Shown piece by piece: positions 46,907-57,718 of a stretch of DNA of 64,000 bases. The stretch's first letter is position 1, and each line of letters opens with the position of its first letter. The notes below the pieces were generated by a model. That model was not told where the DNA came from and made no database searches. It saw only the letters and a program-made list of their open reading frames with translations. Where the stretch lies: NCBI GenBank assembly GCA_963826115.1, contig CAWGVS010000006.1:288001-352000 (forward strand). Reading direction: 5' to 3'. The position numbers and the translations under genes are program-made. Origin of the DNA: an uncultured Candidatus Rokubacteria bacterium (lineage in GTDB: Bacteria > Methylomirabilota > Methylomirabilia > Rokubacteriales > DASRDR01).

Positions 46907-49249
46907 CTAGGGACCCAGCCGTCGGACCTCGATGGCGTTGACGTACGCGAACCGTTCGGGGTTCTGGCGGGATATCTGGCTCAGCTCGAGCCGGATGGGA
47001 AGGCGGCCGCCCGGCCAGTCGACCTCGACCTCGTAGGCGCGCTCGCGCCAGACGGGCGGCGCCGCGCTCTCGAGCGCCATCGATTGGGGGGACCCGGCGC
47101 CGACCTGGATCGCGAGGGTCGGCGCGCCGGCCTGGGCCTGGGCGCCCGCGACCACCGCCACGCGGTAGCGGCCGGCGGGCACGCGGGGGCCAAGCTCGAG
47201 CACGCCATTCCGCTGGGTCGCCCAGACGAGACGCTCGCGCGCGGCAATCGCGTCCCCGCGGCTTACGACGAGCATCCCCAGGAACGTCGTGCCACCCCGC
47301 CCCGACGCGAGGACTGCCGGATAGACGCCGGAGGGCCACGTCCATGCGGCGACGCACAGGACCACCACGGCGAGCGCCGCGACGACGACGCCCGCGAGCC
47401 AGCTCCCCCGCGGAGCCCGGTGCCCGGTTCCCCGCGAGAGGCCATAGCCGGCGGCGGCGATCGCGGTGAGGATGCCGAGGGCCGCCCACGTCCACCTCGC
47501 CTCAGGCGTGATGAACGAGGGGAGGAACCGGCCGGGGTCGAGCCCCGTCCGATGGAAGAGGGCGAGCCCGGCCATGGACCGGCCAGTGGCGTTCTGGAAT
47601 CGCCAGGGGGGCCAGGCCGACAGCACGGCCGCGTACCCGGCCGTCCCCGCGTAGAGCAAGGCGACGAGGCTCCAAGCGAGCCGCCCGCGCACGTGGTCCA
47701 GCGCGACGGCGAGCAGGACGGTGAGGAGCGGGAGGCTCGCCATGAGGAAGCGTGCCGGCGGGCTGAAGCCACCGTACCAGTACGACACGCCCCTCGACAT
47801 GATGCCCACCACGGCCACGGAGCCGAGGTAGTAGCCCGAGAGCAGGAAGGGCCCGCCGGCGAGGAGGAGCAGCCGCCACCGGCGCTGGACGGCCAGGACC
47901 ACGCCGCCCACCATCGCGAGCGCGAACACAGGCGCGGCCCACAGGAGCCCGAACTCCTGGTCCAGGAGGAGGCCGAGCTGCCCCCGGTGCTCAAGGGGCG
48001 CGCGGATGGTCCAGTCGACGAGCCAGCGCAGGATCCCGAGGGCGTTCGCGCTCCCCGAGCGCCGCACGACGTGCGCGCCGAGGATGCGCGCGTCGTAGAT
48101 CGTGGCGGCCGCCAGTCCCGCGGCGAGGACGCCGGAGAGCAGCGCCACCCTCCGCCAGCTGAAGCGACGGAGCGCGCCCAGCGCGATCGGCGGCACCAGC
48201 ACGAACAGGCGCGACTTGGCCGCGACCATGCCCAGGAGGCAGGCGGCGGCCGTCGCCACGGCCGCGCGACTCACCGGCTGGCGCCAGAGGAGGTACGCGG
48301 CCGCGGTCGCCAGGCAGGCGCCCGTCATCTCGGGGAACGGGGAGGTCGCGTAGACCACGAAGGGCGCGCTGAAGGCGGCCCCGACCCAGGCGAGGAAGGC
48401 GGCGCGCCTGCTCGCCCCGCTGGCGATCGCCAGCCGGAAGGCAAGGGCAAGCGCGAGGGCGCCGAGGACGCTCATCGTGATGGCCGCGCCGCGGCGGCCC
48501 GCGATCGCGTAGCCCGGCAGCAGCACGAGAGGCTGGAATCCCTGATAGAGGCGCGCGTACACGCGGCCATCGGGCGTCGCCTCGAACCCCGGAGCCTCCG
48601 AGGTCAGCGTCCCCCAGTAGAACGGGAGGTAGTCCTGACGCTCGAAGTTGTTCCGGAGGTTCGCGTCGCCGTCGCTCAGGAGACTGTGCGCGACGAGCAG
48701 GTAGTAGGGCTCGTCACCCGTCGCCGACATGGCCGTCGTCGTGTGCGCGCCGAGAAACAGGTACGGCAGGAAGGCCCCCAGGAAGAGGCCGACGGCCGCG
48801 CGGCGCGGCGCCACCTCCTGACTCGACAGCCAGCGCCACAGGCCCGCCGCGAGGATCGCGGCCTTCGCGCCGATGAAGGCCGTGTGCCAGACCCCGACCA
48901 GGGTGCGCCACGCGCCACCGGGCCCGACCAGCAGTAGACCGGCGACGAGCGGAAGGACCAGGGCGAGGCTCGCCTGATCGGCGAGGCGGTGACGCCGCAG
49001 GGCACCGCGGGAGTCCCACCGCGCCAGGAGGTCGTAGGCGAGGGCGAACAGGACGTGCGCGGCGGGCACCCAGAGAGCGAGCAGCCGGGGCCACGCGTAC
49101 GGATCGGGCCCGTGGCCGTCGAGCCCCGGCGTGAAGACGCCGGCCGGGTAGCCGGCCCACCACCAGAGCTTCCACAGGACGACGCCCGTGGCCAGCGCGG
49201 TCGCGCCGCTGACCAGGAGCGCCGGGCCGGCGCCGCTCCTGCGCATCAC
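46907..49249 (-). CDS. Large polytopic membrane protein, GT-C/PMT-like glycosyltransferase with C-terminal extracytoplasmic beta domain
   Basis: Many TM segments; first-loop motif 'TGDEPYYLLVAHSLLSDGD.NL.NNF'; 'FPEM'; 'WYGGFSPPARF'. Confidence 0.6.
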   Translation of the reverse strand: MMRRSGAGPALLVSGATALATGVVLWKLWWWAGYPAGVFTPGLDGHGPDPYAWPRLLALWVPAAHVLFALAYDLLARWDSRGALRRHRLADQASLALVLPLVAGLLLVGPGGAWRTLVGVWHTAFIGAKAAILAAGLWRWLSSQEVAPRRAAVGLFLGAFLPYLFLGAHTTTAMSATGDEPYYLLVAHSLLSDGDANLRNNFERQDYLPFYWGTLTSEAPGFEATPDGRVYARLYQGFQPLVLLPGYAIAGRRGAAITMSVLGALALALAFRLAIASGASRRAAFLAWVGAAFSAPFVVYATSPFPEMTGACLATAAAYLLWRQPVSRAAVATAAACLLGMVAAKSRLFVLVPPIALGALRRFSWRRVALLSGVLAAGLAAATIYDARILGAHVVRRSGSANALGILRWLVDWTIRAPLEHRGQLGLLLDQEFGLLWAAPVFALAMVGGVVLAVQRRWRLLLLAGGPFLLSGYYLGSVAVVGIMSRGVSYWYGGFSPPARFLMASLPLLTVLLAVALDHVRGRLAWSLVALLYAGTAGYAAVLSAWPPWRFQNATGRSMAGLALFHRTGLDPGRFLPSFITPEARWTWAALGILTAIAAAGYGLSRGTGHRAPRGSWLAGVVVAALAVVVLCVAAWTWPSGVYPAVLASGRGGTTFLGMLVVSRGDAIAARERLVWATQRNGVLELGPRVPAGRYRVAVVAGAQAQAGAPTLAIQVGAGSPQSMALESAAPPVWRERAYEVEVDWPGGRLPIRLELSQISRQNPERFAYVNAIEVRRLGP

Positions 49250-49490
49250 GGTGCGGGCCGGGCAGGTCGCACGTTCGAGGGCCAGGCCACCGTCACGTCT
49301 CTCCTGCTCGTGTTGGACCGTGCGTCGCCGCCGCGGTACGGCGCCCGGCGGGGAAGCGGATCGGTCCGGCGCGGCGCCGCCAGGATACCGTTCGCGTTCC
49401 CGAGCGCCAACTGCCGCGCGCCGAGCCCGGGATCCGCGTTCCCGCGCAAAAAGCTTGGGAAGCCGCCGGCCCGGTTGCTAGCGTGGGCGC

Positions 49491-49925
49491 ATGAGACAAA
49501 AAGCGTTCGTCACCGCTGCTGTAGGCCTCGCGCTGGCGCTCTCGGCGTGCTCGTCCACCAAGGGCGTCCCGCCGATCAAGAGCGAGTTCATGGACATCCC
49601 GCTTCCGGCCGGGCTCAAGTACATGCCCGAGCGGTCGGCCGTCATCGAGTCCGAGACGGTCCGGGCCGCGCGGATCATGTACTCGAGCAACTTCGAGGCG
49701 GGAAGCCTCGTGCTCTCGATCCAGGAGGGCCTCCTGGGGAACGGCTGGCGCCTGACCCGGACGACCGCCTTCCCGGAAGTGGGAGCGATCCAGATCTACG
49801 AGAAGGGCGACTCCTCGCTCCAGGTGCGGATCTGGGAAGGCGGCGCGTTCAGCGGCTCTACCTACGTCGAGCTGAGCGGGACCCGCGCGCTCCCGCGCGT
49901 CCAGAAGACGGCCGCGACCCAGTAG
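49491..49925 (+). CDS. Lipoprotein of unknown function
   Basis: Lipobox LSAC; TAGCGT -10 6 nt upstream (leaderless). Confidence 0.75.
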   Translation: MRQKAFVTAAVGLALALSACSSTKGVPPIKSEFMDIPLPAGLKYMPERSAVIESETVRAARIMYSSNFEAGSLVLSIQEGLLGNGWRLTRTTAFPEVGAIQIYEKGDSSLQVRIWEGGAFSGSTYVELSGTRALPRVQKTAATQ

Positions 49926-49934
49926 CCCGCCCCG

Positions 49935-51404
49935 TCAGTCCGGCAGCCCCGCGTCCCGCTCGAGGCCGTCCAGGAGACGCCCGAGCGGGGTGAGGGCGGT
50001 CCGGGCCAGCGCGACCCGGTCGCGCCGGGTGGCCGCGTCGAGCTCGGCCTCCTGACGCGCCGGGGGCATCGCTTCCAGCCACGCCGCCGCCGCCCGGCGG
50101 ACGGCGGGCCCGACCATTCCGAGAACCTCGCGCACCAGGCGCTGTGCCAGTGCCCGCCGCGCGCCTGCCTCGGCGGCCCCGAGCGCGGCGCGATACGCGC
50201 GCGCGAGCTTCGGCGACAGCCGGACCGTCGCCCCGCGCGCGTTGACCAGATCGCCAGGAACCGGGCCCCACTCGACGGCAATCGCGGGCCAGACCGCCTC
50301 GATCGCTCCCGCGAGCAGCGGCGTGGCCTCGAGCGGGAGGAGCGCGCCGAGCGCGTCGCGCCACGCCTGGGCGAGCGGCGCCACGCCGGGCGGGTCGAGG
50401 CCGAGCGCGTGGCGCTCCAGCACGTCGGCGTGCGCATCGAGCGTCAGATGGTCCTCCACGACCGTCCCGAGCGCCTCGAGCGAGGCGACGTAGCGGCGCG
50501 TCCCGTCGGACCCGTCGACCGGGCGCACGACACGGTGCTCGCGCCGGTGGAGCCCCTGGATGTCGGTCCGTTGGTAGCTCCGGTCCTGCCAGACGATGCG
50601 TTCGACGCCGTCGCGGAGCTGGGCGGCGAGGCCGTCCGCGACGAGCCGCCGCTCGTGGGGCGCCGGCCGCCAGTCGACGGGGACCTCCTCCGCCGCGCCC
50701 CGGGCGAACGTGCCCTCGGCGCCGGCCAGAAACCGGGCGAGCGCGTCGGCGCCGCCCGTGACCTCGAACGACTCCGTGAGGCTCCAGAACAGCTGCTCGG
50801 TCGGATAGGGCCCGCGATAGCGCAGCGCGGATTGGCCCTGGTCCTCCGCCAGGGCGGCCAGCAGGTTGAGGAGCGCGCTCCCCGAGCCGGCGGGGAGCCG
50901 CCCGGGCTCGGCGACGGCAGGGATCCGGTCGACGGCCTGCCAGTCGAGCCCCGTGGCGAGGGTCACGGTCGTCGGCGCCTCCGCGGCGCGCGCGTGAACG
51001 ATCCGGTCCGACGGCCCCCACAGAGGATGTCGGGCGCCTCCCGGCACGAGGCCGACGGCGCTGCCATCCATCAGCCCGAGCCACGCCTCGCGGAGGTCTC
51101 CGCGCGGCCCGCGCGCGAGCGCGGCCGTCACGGCGCCGCGCGGGTCGACCTCCAGCGCGCGGAGGCCGAGTGCCGTGCTCGGATCGCTCCGGTAGAGCGC
51201 CACCGATCCGTGGGGCAGGCGCCGGCCGACGGGCCGGCCGTCCGCGACGAGCCGCGTCTGGCTCGTCCAGATCGCGCGCGTGAGACTCGCCTGGAGAGCC
51301 TGCCGCTCGCCCGGGTCCAATCGTCGCGCGAGGGGCTGATCGAAGCAGGCGGCGAGCCTCGCGGGGTCGGCCCAGGCGGTCGAGGTCGCGTGAGGGTGCG
51401 CCAT
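49935..51404 (-). CDS. Hypothetical protein (about 490 aa)
   Basis: Only long ORF filling the gap; TACAAT at 51464-51459 upstream; distinctive 'LRYRGPYPTEQLFWSLTESF' segment; alternative start 51422. Confidence 0.65.
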   Translation of the reverse strand: MAHPHATSTAWADPARLAACFDQPLARRLDPGERQALQASLTRAIWTSQTRLVADGRPVGRRLPHGSVALYRSDPSTALGLRALEVDPRGAVTAALARGPRGDLREAWLGLMDGSAVGLVPGGARHPLWGPSDRIVHARAAEAPTTVTLATGLDWQAVDRIPAVAEPGRLPAGSGSALLNLLAALAEDQGQSALRYRGPYPTEQLFWSLTESFEVTGGADALARFLAGAEGTFARGAAEEVPVDWRPAPHERRLVADGLAAQLRDGVERIVWQDRSYQRTDIQGLHRREHRVVRPVDGSDGTRRYVASLEALGTVVEDHLTLDAHADVLERHALGLDPPGVAPLAQAWRDALGALLPLEATPLLAGAIEAVWPAIAVEWGPVPGDLVNARGATVRLSPKLARAYRAALGAAEAGARRALAQRLVREVLGMVGPAVRRAAAAWLEAMPPARQEAELDAATRRDRVALARTALTPLGRLLDGLERDAGLPD

Positions 51405-51507
51405 GGCGTCGGCGGCGCCCACCGGCGCGGCCGGGTCACCGCCCGGCGCCGCGCGGCGATTGTACAGGCGCGCAGCGTGCCACGCGCGAGTTCAAGCCCT
51501 CCCGTCA

Positions 51508-51537
51508 TTGACTTCGTCGGTGCGGCGTGAATAAAAT
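51508..51537 (+). promoter_or_regulatory. sigma70 promoter TTGACT-18-TAAAAT of the etf-mutase operon
   Basis: Near-consensus AT-rich elements in a GC-rich background. Confidence 0.65.
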
Positions 51538-51597
51538 CAAGGCGTTACCGACCGGCGCTGGACCGCCCCGTACGCCTCGCTCAAAGGAGCCCGACGG

Positions 51598-52392
51598 ATG
51601 AAGCTGCTCGTCCTGGTCAAGCAGGTGCCCGATACGGCCACGCAGGTCAAGGTCGCGAGCGATCTGCGGACCATCGACCAGACGGGTATCACCTGGATCG
51701 TCTCCCCCTACGACGAGTTCGCGCTGGAGGAGGCCCTCCGGATCAAGGAGAAGCGCAACCAGGCGGGTGACGAGGTCGTGGCCGTGACCCTCGGCCCGGA
51801 GCGGGCCAAGGAAGCGCTCCGCTCATGCCTCGCGATGGGGGCCGACCGCGCCATCCACGTGAACGACCCGGCCTTCGAGGGCGCGGACACGCTGACCGCC
51901 GCCCGGGCGCTGGCCGCCGTCGTGAAGCTCGAGACCCCGCAGCTCGTCCTGGCCGGCCGCCAGGCCATCGACGACGACATGGGAGCCACCGGCGCGCAGG
52001 TGGCGGAGGTCCTCGGCTGGCCGTGCCTCTCCTGGATCATGGAGGAGACCGTTGCCGCCGACGCGCAGAGCATCCGCGTGGGGCGTCAGGTGGAGGGCGG
52101 CCTCGAGGTGTTCGACGTGCCGCTGCCGTGCGTGGTCACGGCCCAGAAGGGCATGAACGAGCCGCGCTACCCGACGCTGAAGGGGATCATGGGCGCCAAG
52201 AAGAAGGAGGTCAAGGAGTGGAAAGCCGCCGACCTCCAGGGGGGCGGGCTCGGCCCCGTGGCGCCGGCGCTGGAAATCGTGGCCCTCGAGGCCCTGCCGC
52301 CGCGCCCGCCGGGGCGCATACTCACCGGCGACCCGAAGGACATGGCGCGCGAGCTCGTCCGGACGCTCCGCGAAGACGTCAAGGCCCTCTGA
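51598..52392 (+). CDS. etfB: Electron transfer flavoprotein beta subunit
   Basis: SD AAGGAG; 'VKQVPDT', 'PYDEFALEEA', 'AMGADRA', 'GRQAIDDD', 'NEPRYPTLKGIMGAKKK'. Confidence 0.95.
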   Translation: MKLLVLVKQVPDTATQVKVASDLRTIDQTGITWIVSPYDEFALEEALRIKEKRNQAGDEVVAVTLGPERAKEALRSCLAMGADRAIHVNDPAFEGADTLTAARALAAVVKLETPQLVLAGRQAIDDDMGATGAQVAEVLGWPCLSWIMEETVAADAQSIRVGRQVEGGLEVFDVPLPCVVTAQKGMNEPRYPTLKGIMGAKKKEVKEWKAADLQGGGLGPVAPALEIVALEALPPRPPGRILTGDPKDMARELVRTLREDVKAL

Positions 52393-52407
52393 GGCGCGGG
52401 AGATCCC

Positions 52408-53394
52408 ATGGCAGGCGCGTTCTGGTGTGTCGTCGAGGATGACCGGCAGGGGCAGCCGAAGAAGGTCACCGCGGAGCTGATCGGCGAGGCGCGCCGCCGC
52501 GCCGGCGAGGTCGGCGGCGACGTCGAGGCCGTGTGGCTCACCGACCGCGCCGCGCCCGAGGGTCTGGACCACCTCGCCGCCTGGGGCGCATCGCGGATCT
52601 GGCTCTGGGAGGACGCGGCGCTGGCGCCGTACCGTGGAGAGGCGTGGGTGCCCGCGATCGCGGCGCTCGCCGAGCGCGAGGCCCCGCGGGCGATCTGGGG
52701 CGCCGTGACGAGCCGTCACCGGGAGCTGATGGCGCGGCTGGCGGCGCGGCTCGGCGCGGGGATCGCGGCCGACTGCGTGGCGTTCACCGTGGCCGACGGC
52801 CACCTGGTCGCGACGCGTCCCGTCTACGCCGGGAAGCTCCTGTCCCGGGTCCGGTGGAAGACGGGCCCCTGGGTGGCGACGCTCCGCCCGAACGTCTTCA
52901 AGGCGGCGGAGGCCGAGGTCGGCCGCGCGCCGGCGGTGGCGCGCCAGAGCCTCGCGGCCGCGCCCCCGGTCATGCGCTTCGTGGAGCGGCGGGACGAGGC
53001 GCAGACGGGGCTCCCGGAGCTCACCGAGGCCGAGATCGTCGTGTCGGGCGGTCGCGGGCTCAAGGGCCCCGAGAACTTCGTGCTGCTCGAGGAGCTGGCC
53101 GGGGTCATCGGCGCGGCGGTGGGCGCCTCGCGCGCGGCCGTCGACGCCGGCTGGAAGCCGCACCGCTTCCAGATCGGACAGACCGGACGGACCATCTCCC
53201 CGAAGCTCTACATCGGCTGCGGGATCTCGGGCGCGATCCAGCACCTGGCCGGCATGCGAACCTCCAAGGTCATCTGCGCCGTCAACAAGGACCCCGACGC
53301 GCCGATCTTCAAGATCGCAGACTTCGGCCTCGTGGGGGACCTGTTCGAGGTCGTGCCCTTGCTCACGGAGGAATTCCGCAAGCTGAAGAAGTAG
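52408..53394 (+). CDS. etfA: Electron transfer flavoprotein alpha subunit
   Basis: '[13 protein letters not shown]', '[11 protein letters not shown]', 'QIGQTG', '[12 protein letters not shown]'. Confidence 0.95.
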   Translation: MAGAFWCVVEDDRQGQPKKVTAELIGEARRRAGEVGGDVEAVWLTDRAAPEGLDHLAAWGASRIWLWEDAALAPYRGEAWVPAIAALAEREAPRAIWGAVTSRHRELMARLAARLGAGIAADCVAFTVADGHLVATRPVYAGKLLSRVRWKTGPWVATLRPNVFKAAEAEVGRAPAVARQSLAAAPPVMRFVERRDEAQTGLPELTEAEIVVSGGRGLKGPENFVLLEELAGVIGAAVGASRAAVDAGWKPHRFQIGQTGRTISPKLYIGCGISGAIQHLAGMRTSKVICAVNKDPDAPIFKIADFGLVGDLFEVVPLLTEEFRKLKK

Positions 53395-53477
53395 GGGATC
53401 GTGCCGCTCCCCGAGACCGCGTCGCGCGCCGCGCGCGATGCGGTGGACGGGAGCCGGCGTGTGACCCCGGGGTGGCC

Positions 53478-54623
53478 ATGAGATTCGAGCTGACCGACGA
53501 GCAGCGGATGGTCCAGGGCCTCGCTCGGGAGTTCGCCGAGCAGGAGGTCAAGCCCATCGCGGCCGAGTGCGATCACGAGGCCCGCTTTCCCCACGCCACG
53601 GTGAAGCGGATGGCCGAGCTCGGCCTGCTGGGGATCATGGTCCCGGAAAAGCTCGGCGGGGGCGGGGCCGACACGCTGTCCTACATCCTGGCCCTCGAGG
53701 AGATCGCCGTCGCCTGCGCCTCCCACGCCGTGGTCATGTCGGTGAACAATTCCCTCGTGTGCGCGCCGCTCCTGAAGGCGGGCACCCCCGAGCAGCACGA
53801 GCGCTTCCTGGTGCCGTTGGCGTCGGGGCGGGCGCTCGGCTGCTTCGCCCTGACTGAGCCCCAGGCGGGCTCCGACGCCCGGAACCTGACGACGCTCGCG
53901 CGCCGCGACGGGGACGACTACGTGCTGGACGGCCGGAAGGTGTTCGTCACGAACGGCCGGGAGTCGACGGTGGCCCTGGTCTTCGCGCAGACGGACCCTG
54001 CCCAGGCGCACCGCGGGATCACCGGGTTCCTCGTCGAGAAGGGCTCGCCGGGCTTCCTCGTCCCGAAGGTCGAGGACAAGCTCGGCCTGCGCGCGTCGGA
54101 CACCGCGGAGCTCGTGTTCGAGGGATGCCGGGTGCCCGCGGCCAACCGCCTGGGCCCCGACGGCGGCGGGTTCAAGATCGCCATGGCGGCGCTCGACGGC
54201 GGGCGGGTCGGCATCGCGGCTCAGGCTGTCGGGATCGCCCGCGCCGCGCTCGAGGCCGCGGTGAGCTACGCCAAGGAACGGCGGTCGTTCGGGGTGCCGA
54301 TCGGCCAGCACCAGATGATCCAGTGGATGCTGGCCGACATGGCAACGGGCGTGGACGCCGCGCGCCTCCTCACGTGGCGGGCGGCCGTCCTCAAGGACCG
54401 GGGCCAGCCGTACGGGACCGCCGCGTCCATGGCGAAGCTCTTCGCGTCGGAGACGGCGATGCGCGTGACGACCGATGCGATCCAGGTCCACGGCGGCTAC
54501 GGCTTCATGAAGGACTACCCGGTCGAGCGCTTCTTCCGGGACGCGAAGGTCACGCAGATCTACGAGGGCACGTCGCAGATCCAGCGGTTGGTCGTCGCGC
54601 GGGCGCTCCTGGAGGACGCGTGA
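53478..54623 (+). CDS. Acyl-CoA dehydrogenase (short/branched-chain, butyryl-CoA DH-like)
   Basis: '[12 protein letters not shown]', 'KLGLRASDT', '[11 protein letters not shown]', '[11 protein letters not shown]'. Confidence 0.93.
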   Translation: MRFELTDEQRMVQGLAREFAEQEVKPIAAECDHEARFPHATVKRMAELGLLGIMVPEKLGGGGADTLSYILALEEIAVACASHAVVMSVNNSLVCAPLLKAGTPEQHERFLVPLASGRALGCFALTEPQAGSDARNLTTLARRDGDDYVLDGRKVFVTNGRESTVALVFAQTDPAQAHRGITGFLVEKGSPGFLVPKVEDKLGLRASDTAELVFEGCRVPAANRLGPDGGGFKIAMAALDGGRVGIAAQAVGIARAALEAAVSYAKERRSFGVPIGQHQMIQWMLADMATGVDAARLLTWRAAVLKDRGQPYGTAASMAKLFASETAMRVTTDAIQVHGGYGFMKDYPVERFFRDAKVTQIYEGTSQIQRLVVARALLEDA

Positions 54624-56236
54624 GCGAGGAGCGGAATCCGGGCGCGGAGCGCAAGCCGGCCTTCGAGACGATGTCCGGCTTGCCCGTCGAGCGGGTCTAC
54701 ACGCCCGCGGCCCTGCCCGGCGGGCGCGACGCGGAGCGGGTCGGCCGCCCCGGCGAGTACCCGTTCACTCGCGGCGTCTATCCGACCATGTACCGGGGGC
54801 GCCTGTGGACGATGCGGATGTTCGCGGGGTTCGGGCGGCCTGCGGACACCAACCGCCGCTTCAAGTTCCTGCTCGAGCAGGGGCAGACGGGCCTCTCGAC
54901 CGCCTTCGACATGCCGTCCCTGATGGGCTACGACGCGGACCACCCGAAGGCGCGCGGCGAGGTCGGCCGCGAGGGCGTCTCGGTCTCGACGCTCGTCGAC
55001 ATGGAGCGGCTCTTCGAGGGCATCCCGCTCGGGCAGGTCTCCACGTCGATGACCATCAACTGCACGGCCTCCGTCATCCTGGCGATGTACCTCGCGGTGG
55101 CGGAGCGGCAGGGCGTGCCCTGGACCGCGGTGGACGGCACGATCCAGAACGACATGCTGAAGGAGTTCAGCGCCCAGAAGGAGTGGATCTGCCCGCCGGC
55201 GCCGGCCGTCCGGATCGTCGTCGACATGATCGAGTTCTGCATGCACTCGGTCCCGAAGTTCCACCCGGTGTCGATCTCGGGCTACCACATCCGCGAGGCG
55301 GGCGCGAACGCCATCCAGGAGCTGGCCTTCACCCTGGCGGACGGCATCGCCTACGTCGAGGCCTGCGTGAAGCGCGGGCTGCCGGTGGACCGCTTCGCGC
55401 CGCAGCTCTCGTTCTTCTTCGACATCCACTCCGACTTCTTCGAGGAGATCGCGAAGCTCCGGGCGGCCCGGCGCATGTGGGCGACGATCATGAAGGAGCG
55501 CTTCGGGGCCAGCGACCCGCGCGCCATGCGGCTCCGGACGCACACGCAGACGGCGGGCGTGTCGCTGACCGCGCAGCAGCCGCTCAACAACGTCGCGCGC
55601 GTCGCGATCCAGGCGCTCGCGGCGGTGCTCGGCGGGGCGCAGTCGCTCCACACGAACTCCTACGACGAGACGTGGGCGCTCCCGACGGAGGAGGCGGTGA
55701 CGCTGGCGCTCCGGACCCAGCAGGTCATCGCCGAGGAGACGGGGGTCACGAGCACCGTCGATCCCCTGGGCGGGGCGTACTTCGTCGAGGCACTCACCGA
55801 CCGGATGGAGGCGGAGGCGGGGCGCCTCATCCGGAAGATCGACGAGCTGGGCGGAATGGTCCGGGCCCTCGACGCGGGGTTTCCCCAGCAGGAGATCGCG
55901 GACTCCGGCTACCGGACGCAGCTCCAGGAGGACGCGGGCGAGCGGGTCGTCGTCGGGGTCAACCGCTACGTCCAGCCGGACGAGGCGCCGATCCCGTACC
56001 TCCGGCTCGACGAGGCGCTCGAGCGGGAGCAGGTGGAGTGCGTGCGGGCGGTGAAGGCCGCCCGCGGGCCGGCGGAGGTCGCCCACCAGCTGCGGCGGGT
56101 CGCGGACGCGTGCCGCGGGGGGCAGAACCTCATGCCGGTCCTCGTGGACGCGGTCAAGGCCCACGCCTCCCTCGGGGAGATCGCCGACGTCTACCGCGAG
56201 ACGCTCGGACGCTACCGGGAACCGATCATCTTCTGA
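54620..56236 (+). CDS. icmA: B12-dependent acyl-CoA mutase large subunit, isobutyryl-CoA mutase (IcmA)-type
   Basis: '[15 protein letters not shown]', '[10 protein letters not shown]' (Phe at MCM Tyr89), '[14 protein letters not shown]' (Gln at MCM Arg207), '[11 protein letters not shown]'; no fused B12 domain. Confidence 0.78.
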   Translation: MSEERNPGAERKPAFETMSGLPVERVYTPAALPGGRDAERVGRPGEYPFTRGVYPTMYRGRLWTMRMFAGFGRPADTNRRFKFLLEQGQTGLSTAFDMPSLMGYDADHPKARGEVGREGVSVSTLVDMERLFEGIPLGQVSTSMTINCTASVILAMYLAVAERQGVPWTAVDGTIQNDMLKEFSAQKEWICPPAPAVRIVVDMIEFCMHSVPKFHPVSISGYHIREAGANAIQELAFTLADGIAYVEACVKRGLPVDRFAPQLSFFFDIHSDFFEEIAKLRAARRMWATIMKERFGASDPRAMRLRTHTQTAGVSLTAQQPLNNVARVAIQALAAVLGGAQSLHTNSYDETWALPTEEAVTLALRTQQVIAEETGVTSTVDPLGGAYFVEALTDRMEAEAGRLIRKIDELGGMVRALDAGFPQQEIADSGYRTQLQEDAGERVVVGVNRYVQPDEAPIPYLRLDEALEREQVECVRAVKAARGPAEVAHQLRRVADACRGGQNLMPVLVDAVKAHASLGEIADVYRETLGRYREPIIF

Positions 56237-56273
56237 GCGCGGCCCCGGCCGTCGCCGGGGAAGGAGCGGAGCG

Positions 56274-56861
56274 GTGAGGGGCACAGAGCTGGCAGTGGCG
56301 GTCGGGCTCGCGGTGGTGGTGGTGGCGGCGCCCGTGGCGCGCGGCGACACCATTCACCTGACGAACGGGAACACCATCCAGGTCGACGCCTGGCGCGACG
56401 TGGGCGACGCGGTGGAGTTCACGCGCAGCGGCGGCATCATCCGCATCCTGAAGTCCGACATCCGGCGGATCGAGGGGTCGACGCAGACCCAGGACCTCCG
56501 CATGTACTCCGCCCCGGCGAGCGCCGCCGCCGTCCCGACGGCCAGCAGCGCGGTGGCGGCGGCCCGCGAGATGTCCCAGGTCCTGAAGGAGGGCGAGGCC
56601 TTGTTCACGCAGACGGTCCTGGACGCCCAGTCCAAGGCCTCCGCGTTCCGGCGCCTCGGCGAGAAGTGGCGGGCGCTCGAGGTGCCCGCGGACCTCCAGG
56701 ATCTCCACGGCCGGGCGGGGCGCGCACTCCAGATGTCCGCGGAGGCCTACGAGGCGGACTCCGAGGGCTCGGCGCCGGACACGCGGGAGCGCATCGAGTC
56801 CGCCAAGAAGCTCTTCTCCGAGGTCCAGGCGGAAGTGGACAAGCAGTCCAAGGAGGGCTAG
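56274..56861 (+). CDS. Secreted hypothetical protein
   Basis: SD AAGGAG; signal peptide ending ARG; 'DTIHLTNG...IRRIE' beta N-domain followed by a helical region. Confidence 0.7.
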   Translation: MRGTELAVAVGLAVVVVAAPVARGDTIHLTNGNTIQVDAWRDVGDAVEFTRSGGIIRILKSDIRRIEGSTQTQDLRMYSAPASAAAVPTASSAVAAAREMSQVLKEGEALFTQTVLDAQSKASAFRRLGEKWRALEVPADLQDLHGRAGRALQMSAEAYEADSEGSAPDTRERIESAKKLFSEVQAEVDKQSKEG

Positions 56862-56867
56862 GGCGCC

Positions 56868-57278
56868 GTGGACTGCGTGTTCTGCCGGATCCGGGACGGC
56901 CAGATCCCCTCGACGCGCATCTACGAGGACGAGCGTACGCTGGCCTTCATGGACATCAACCCCCTGAACGAGGGGCACACCCTGGTGATCCCGCGGGCGC
57001 ACGCCGCCACCCTCTTCGAGGCCGACGAGGCGGACCTCCGGGCCGCCATCGCGACCGCGAAGCGCGTGGCCACGGCCGTCCGGACCGCCCTCCAGGCCGA
57101 CGGCCTCAACATGCTCCAGGCGAACGGCGCGGCGGCGTTCCAGTCGGTGCCGCACTTCCACCTCCACCTGATCCCGCGCTTCACCGGGGACGGGAAGGGC
57201 TTCGACTGGCCGATCGTCCCCGGGGACCGCGGGCGCATCCAGGCGACGGCGGAGAAGATCCGCCGGGCGCTCGCGTGA
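56868..57278 (+). CDS. HIT-family nucleotide hydrolase
   Basis: 'DCVFCRI', 'GHTLVIP', histidine triad 'HFHLHLIP'. Confidence 0.92.
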   Translation: MDCVFCRIRDGQIPSTRIYEDERTLAFMDINPLNEGHTLVIPRAHAATLFEADEADLRAAIATAKRVATAVRTALQADGLNMLQANGAAAFQSVPHFHLHLIPRFTGDGKGFDWPIVPGDRGRIQATAEKIRRALA

Positions 57279-57288
57279 AGGGCGTCCG

Positions 57289-57717
57289 GTGAGCGAGTCG
57301 TCGGGTCCGGCGGGCGAGCGCAAGCTGCGGATCCTGGTCGGGAAGCCGGGCCTGGACGGGCACGACCGGGGGGCGAAGATCGTGGCGCGCGCGCTCCGGG
57401 ACGCGGGGATGGAGGTCGTCTACACGGGCCTCCACCAGAGCCCGGAGGAGATCGTGGCCACCGCGATCCAGGAGGACGTCGACGCCATCGGGCTCTCGGT
57501 CCTGTCCGGCGCGCACAACTACCTCTTCGGCCGGGTCCTCGAGCTCCTGCGTGAGAAGGGCGTCGACGACGTCCTGGTCTTCGGGGGCGGCATCGTGCCG
57601 CCCGAGGACATCGCGCGGCTGAAGGCCGAGGGCGTCCGCGAGATCTTCACCCCCGGCACGTCCACGCGCGACATCGTCGCCTTCGTGACCGCGCACGTGC
57701 GGCCGACCCGCGCCTGA
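57289..57717 (+). CDS. icmB: Cobalamin-binding small subunit of acyl-CoA mutase (IcmB-like)
   Basis: '[12 protein letters not shown]', 'GLSVLSGAH', 'GGGIVP', 'FTPG'. Confidence 0.85.
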   Translation: MSESSGPAGERKLRILVGKPGLDGHDRGAKIVARALRDAGMEVVYTGLHQSPEEIVATAIQEDVDAIGLSVLSGAHNYLFGRVLELLREKGVDDVLVFGGGIVPPEDIARLKAEGVREIFTPGTSTRDIVAFVTAHVRPTRA

Positions 57718-57718
57718 C

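Noticed and set aside
51423-51597. Cobalamin riboswitch upstream of the B12-mutase operon
   Set aside because: The leader is only about 55 nt and I saw no B12-box (GGGAA...GCCACTG) motif.
54620-56236. Methylmalonyl-CoA mutase
   Set aside because: It lacks the Tyr89 and Arg207 equivalents needed to bind the substrate carboxylate.
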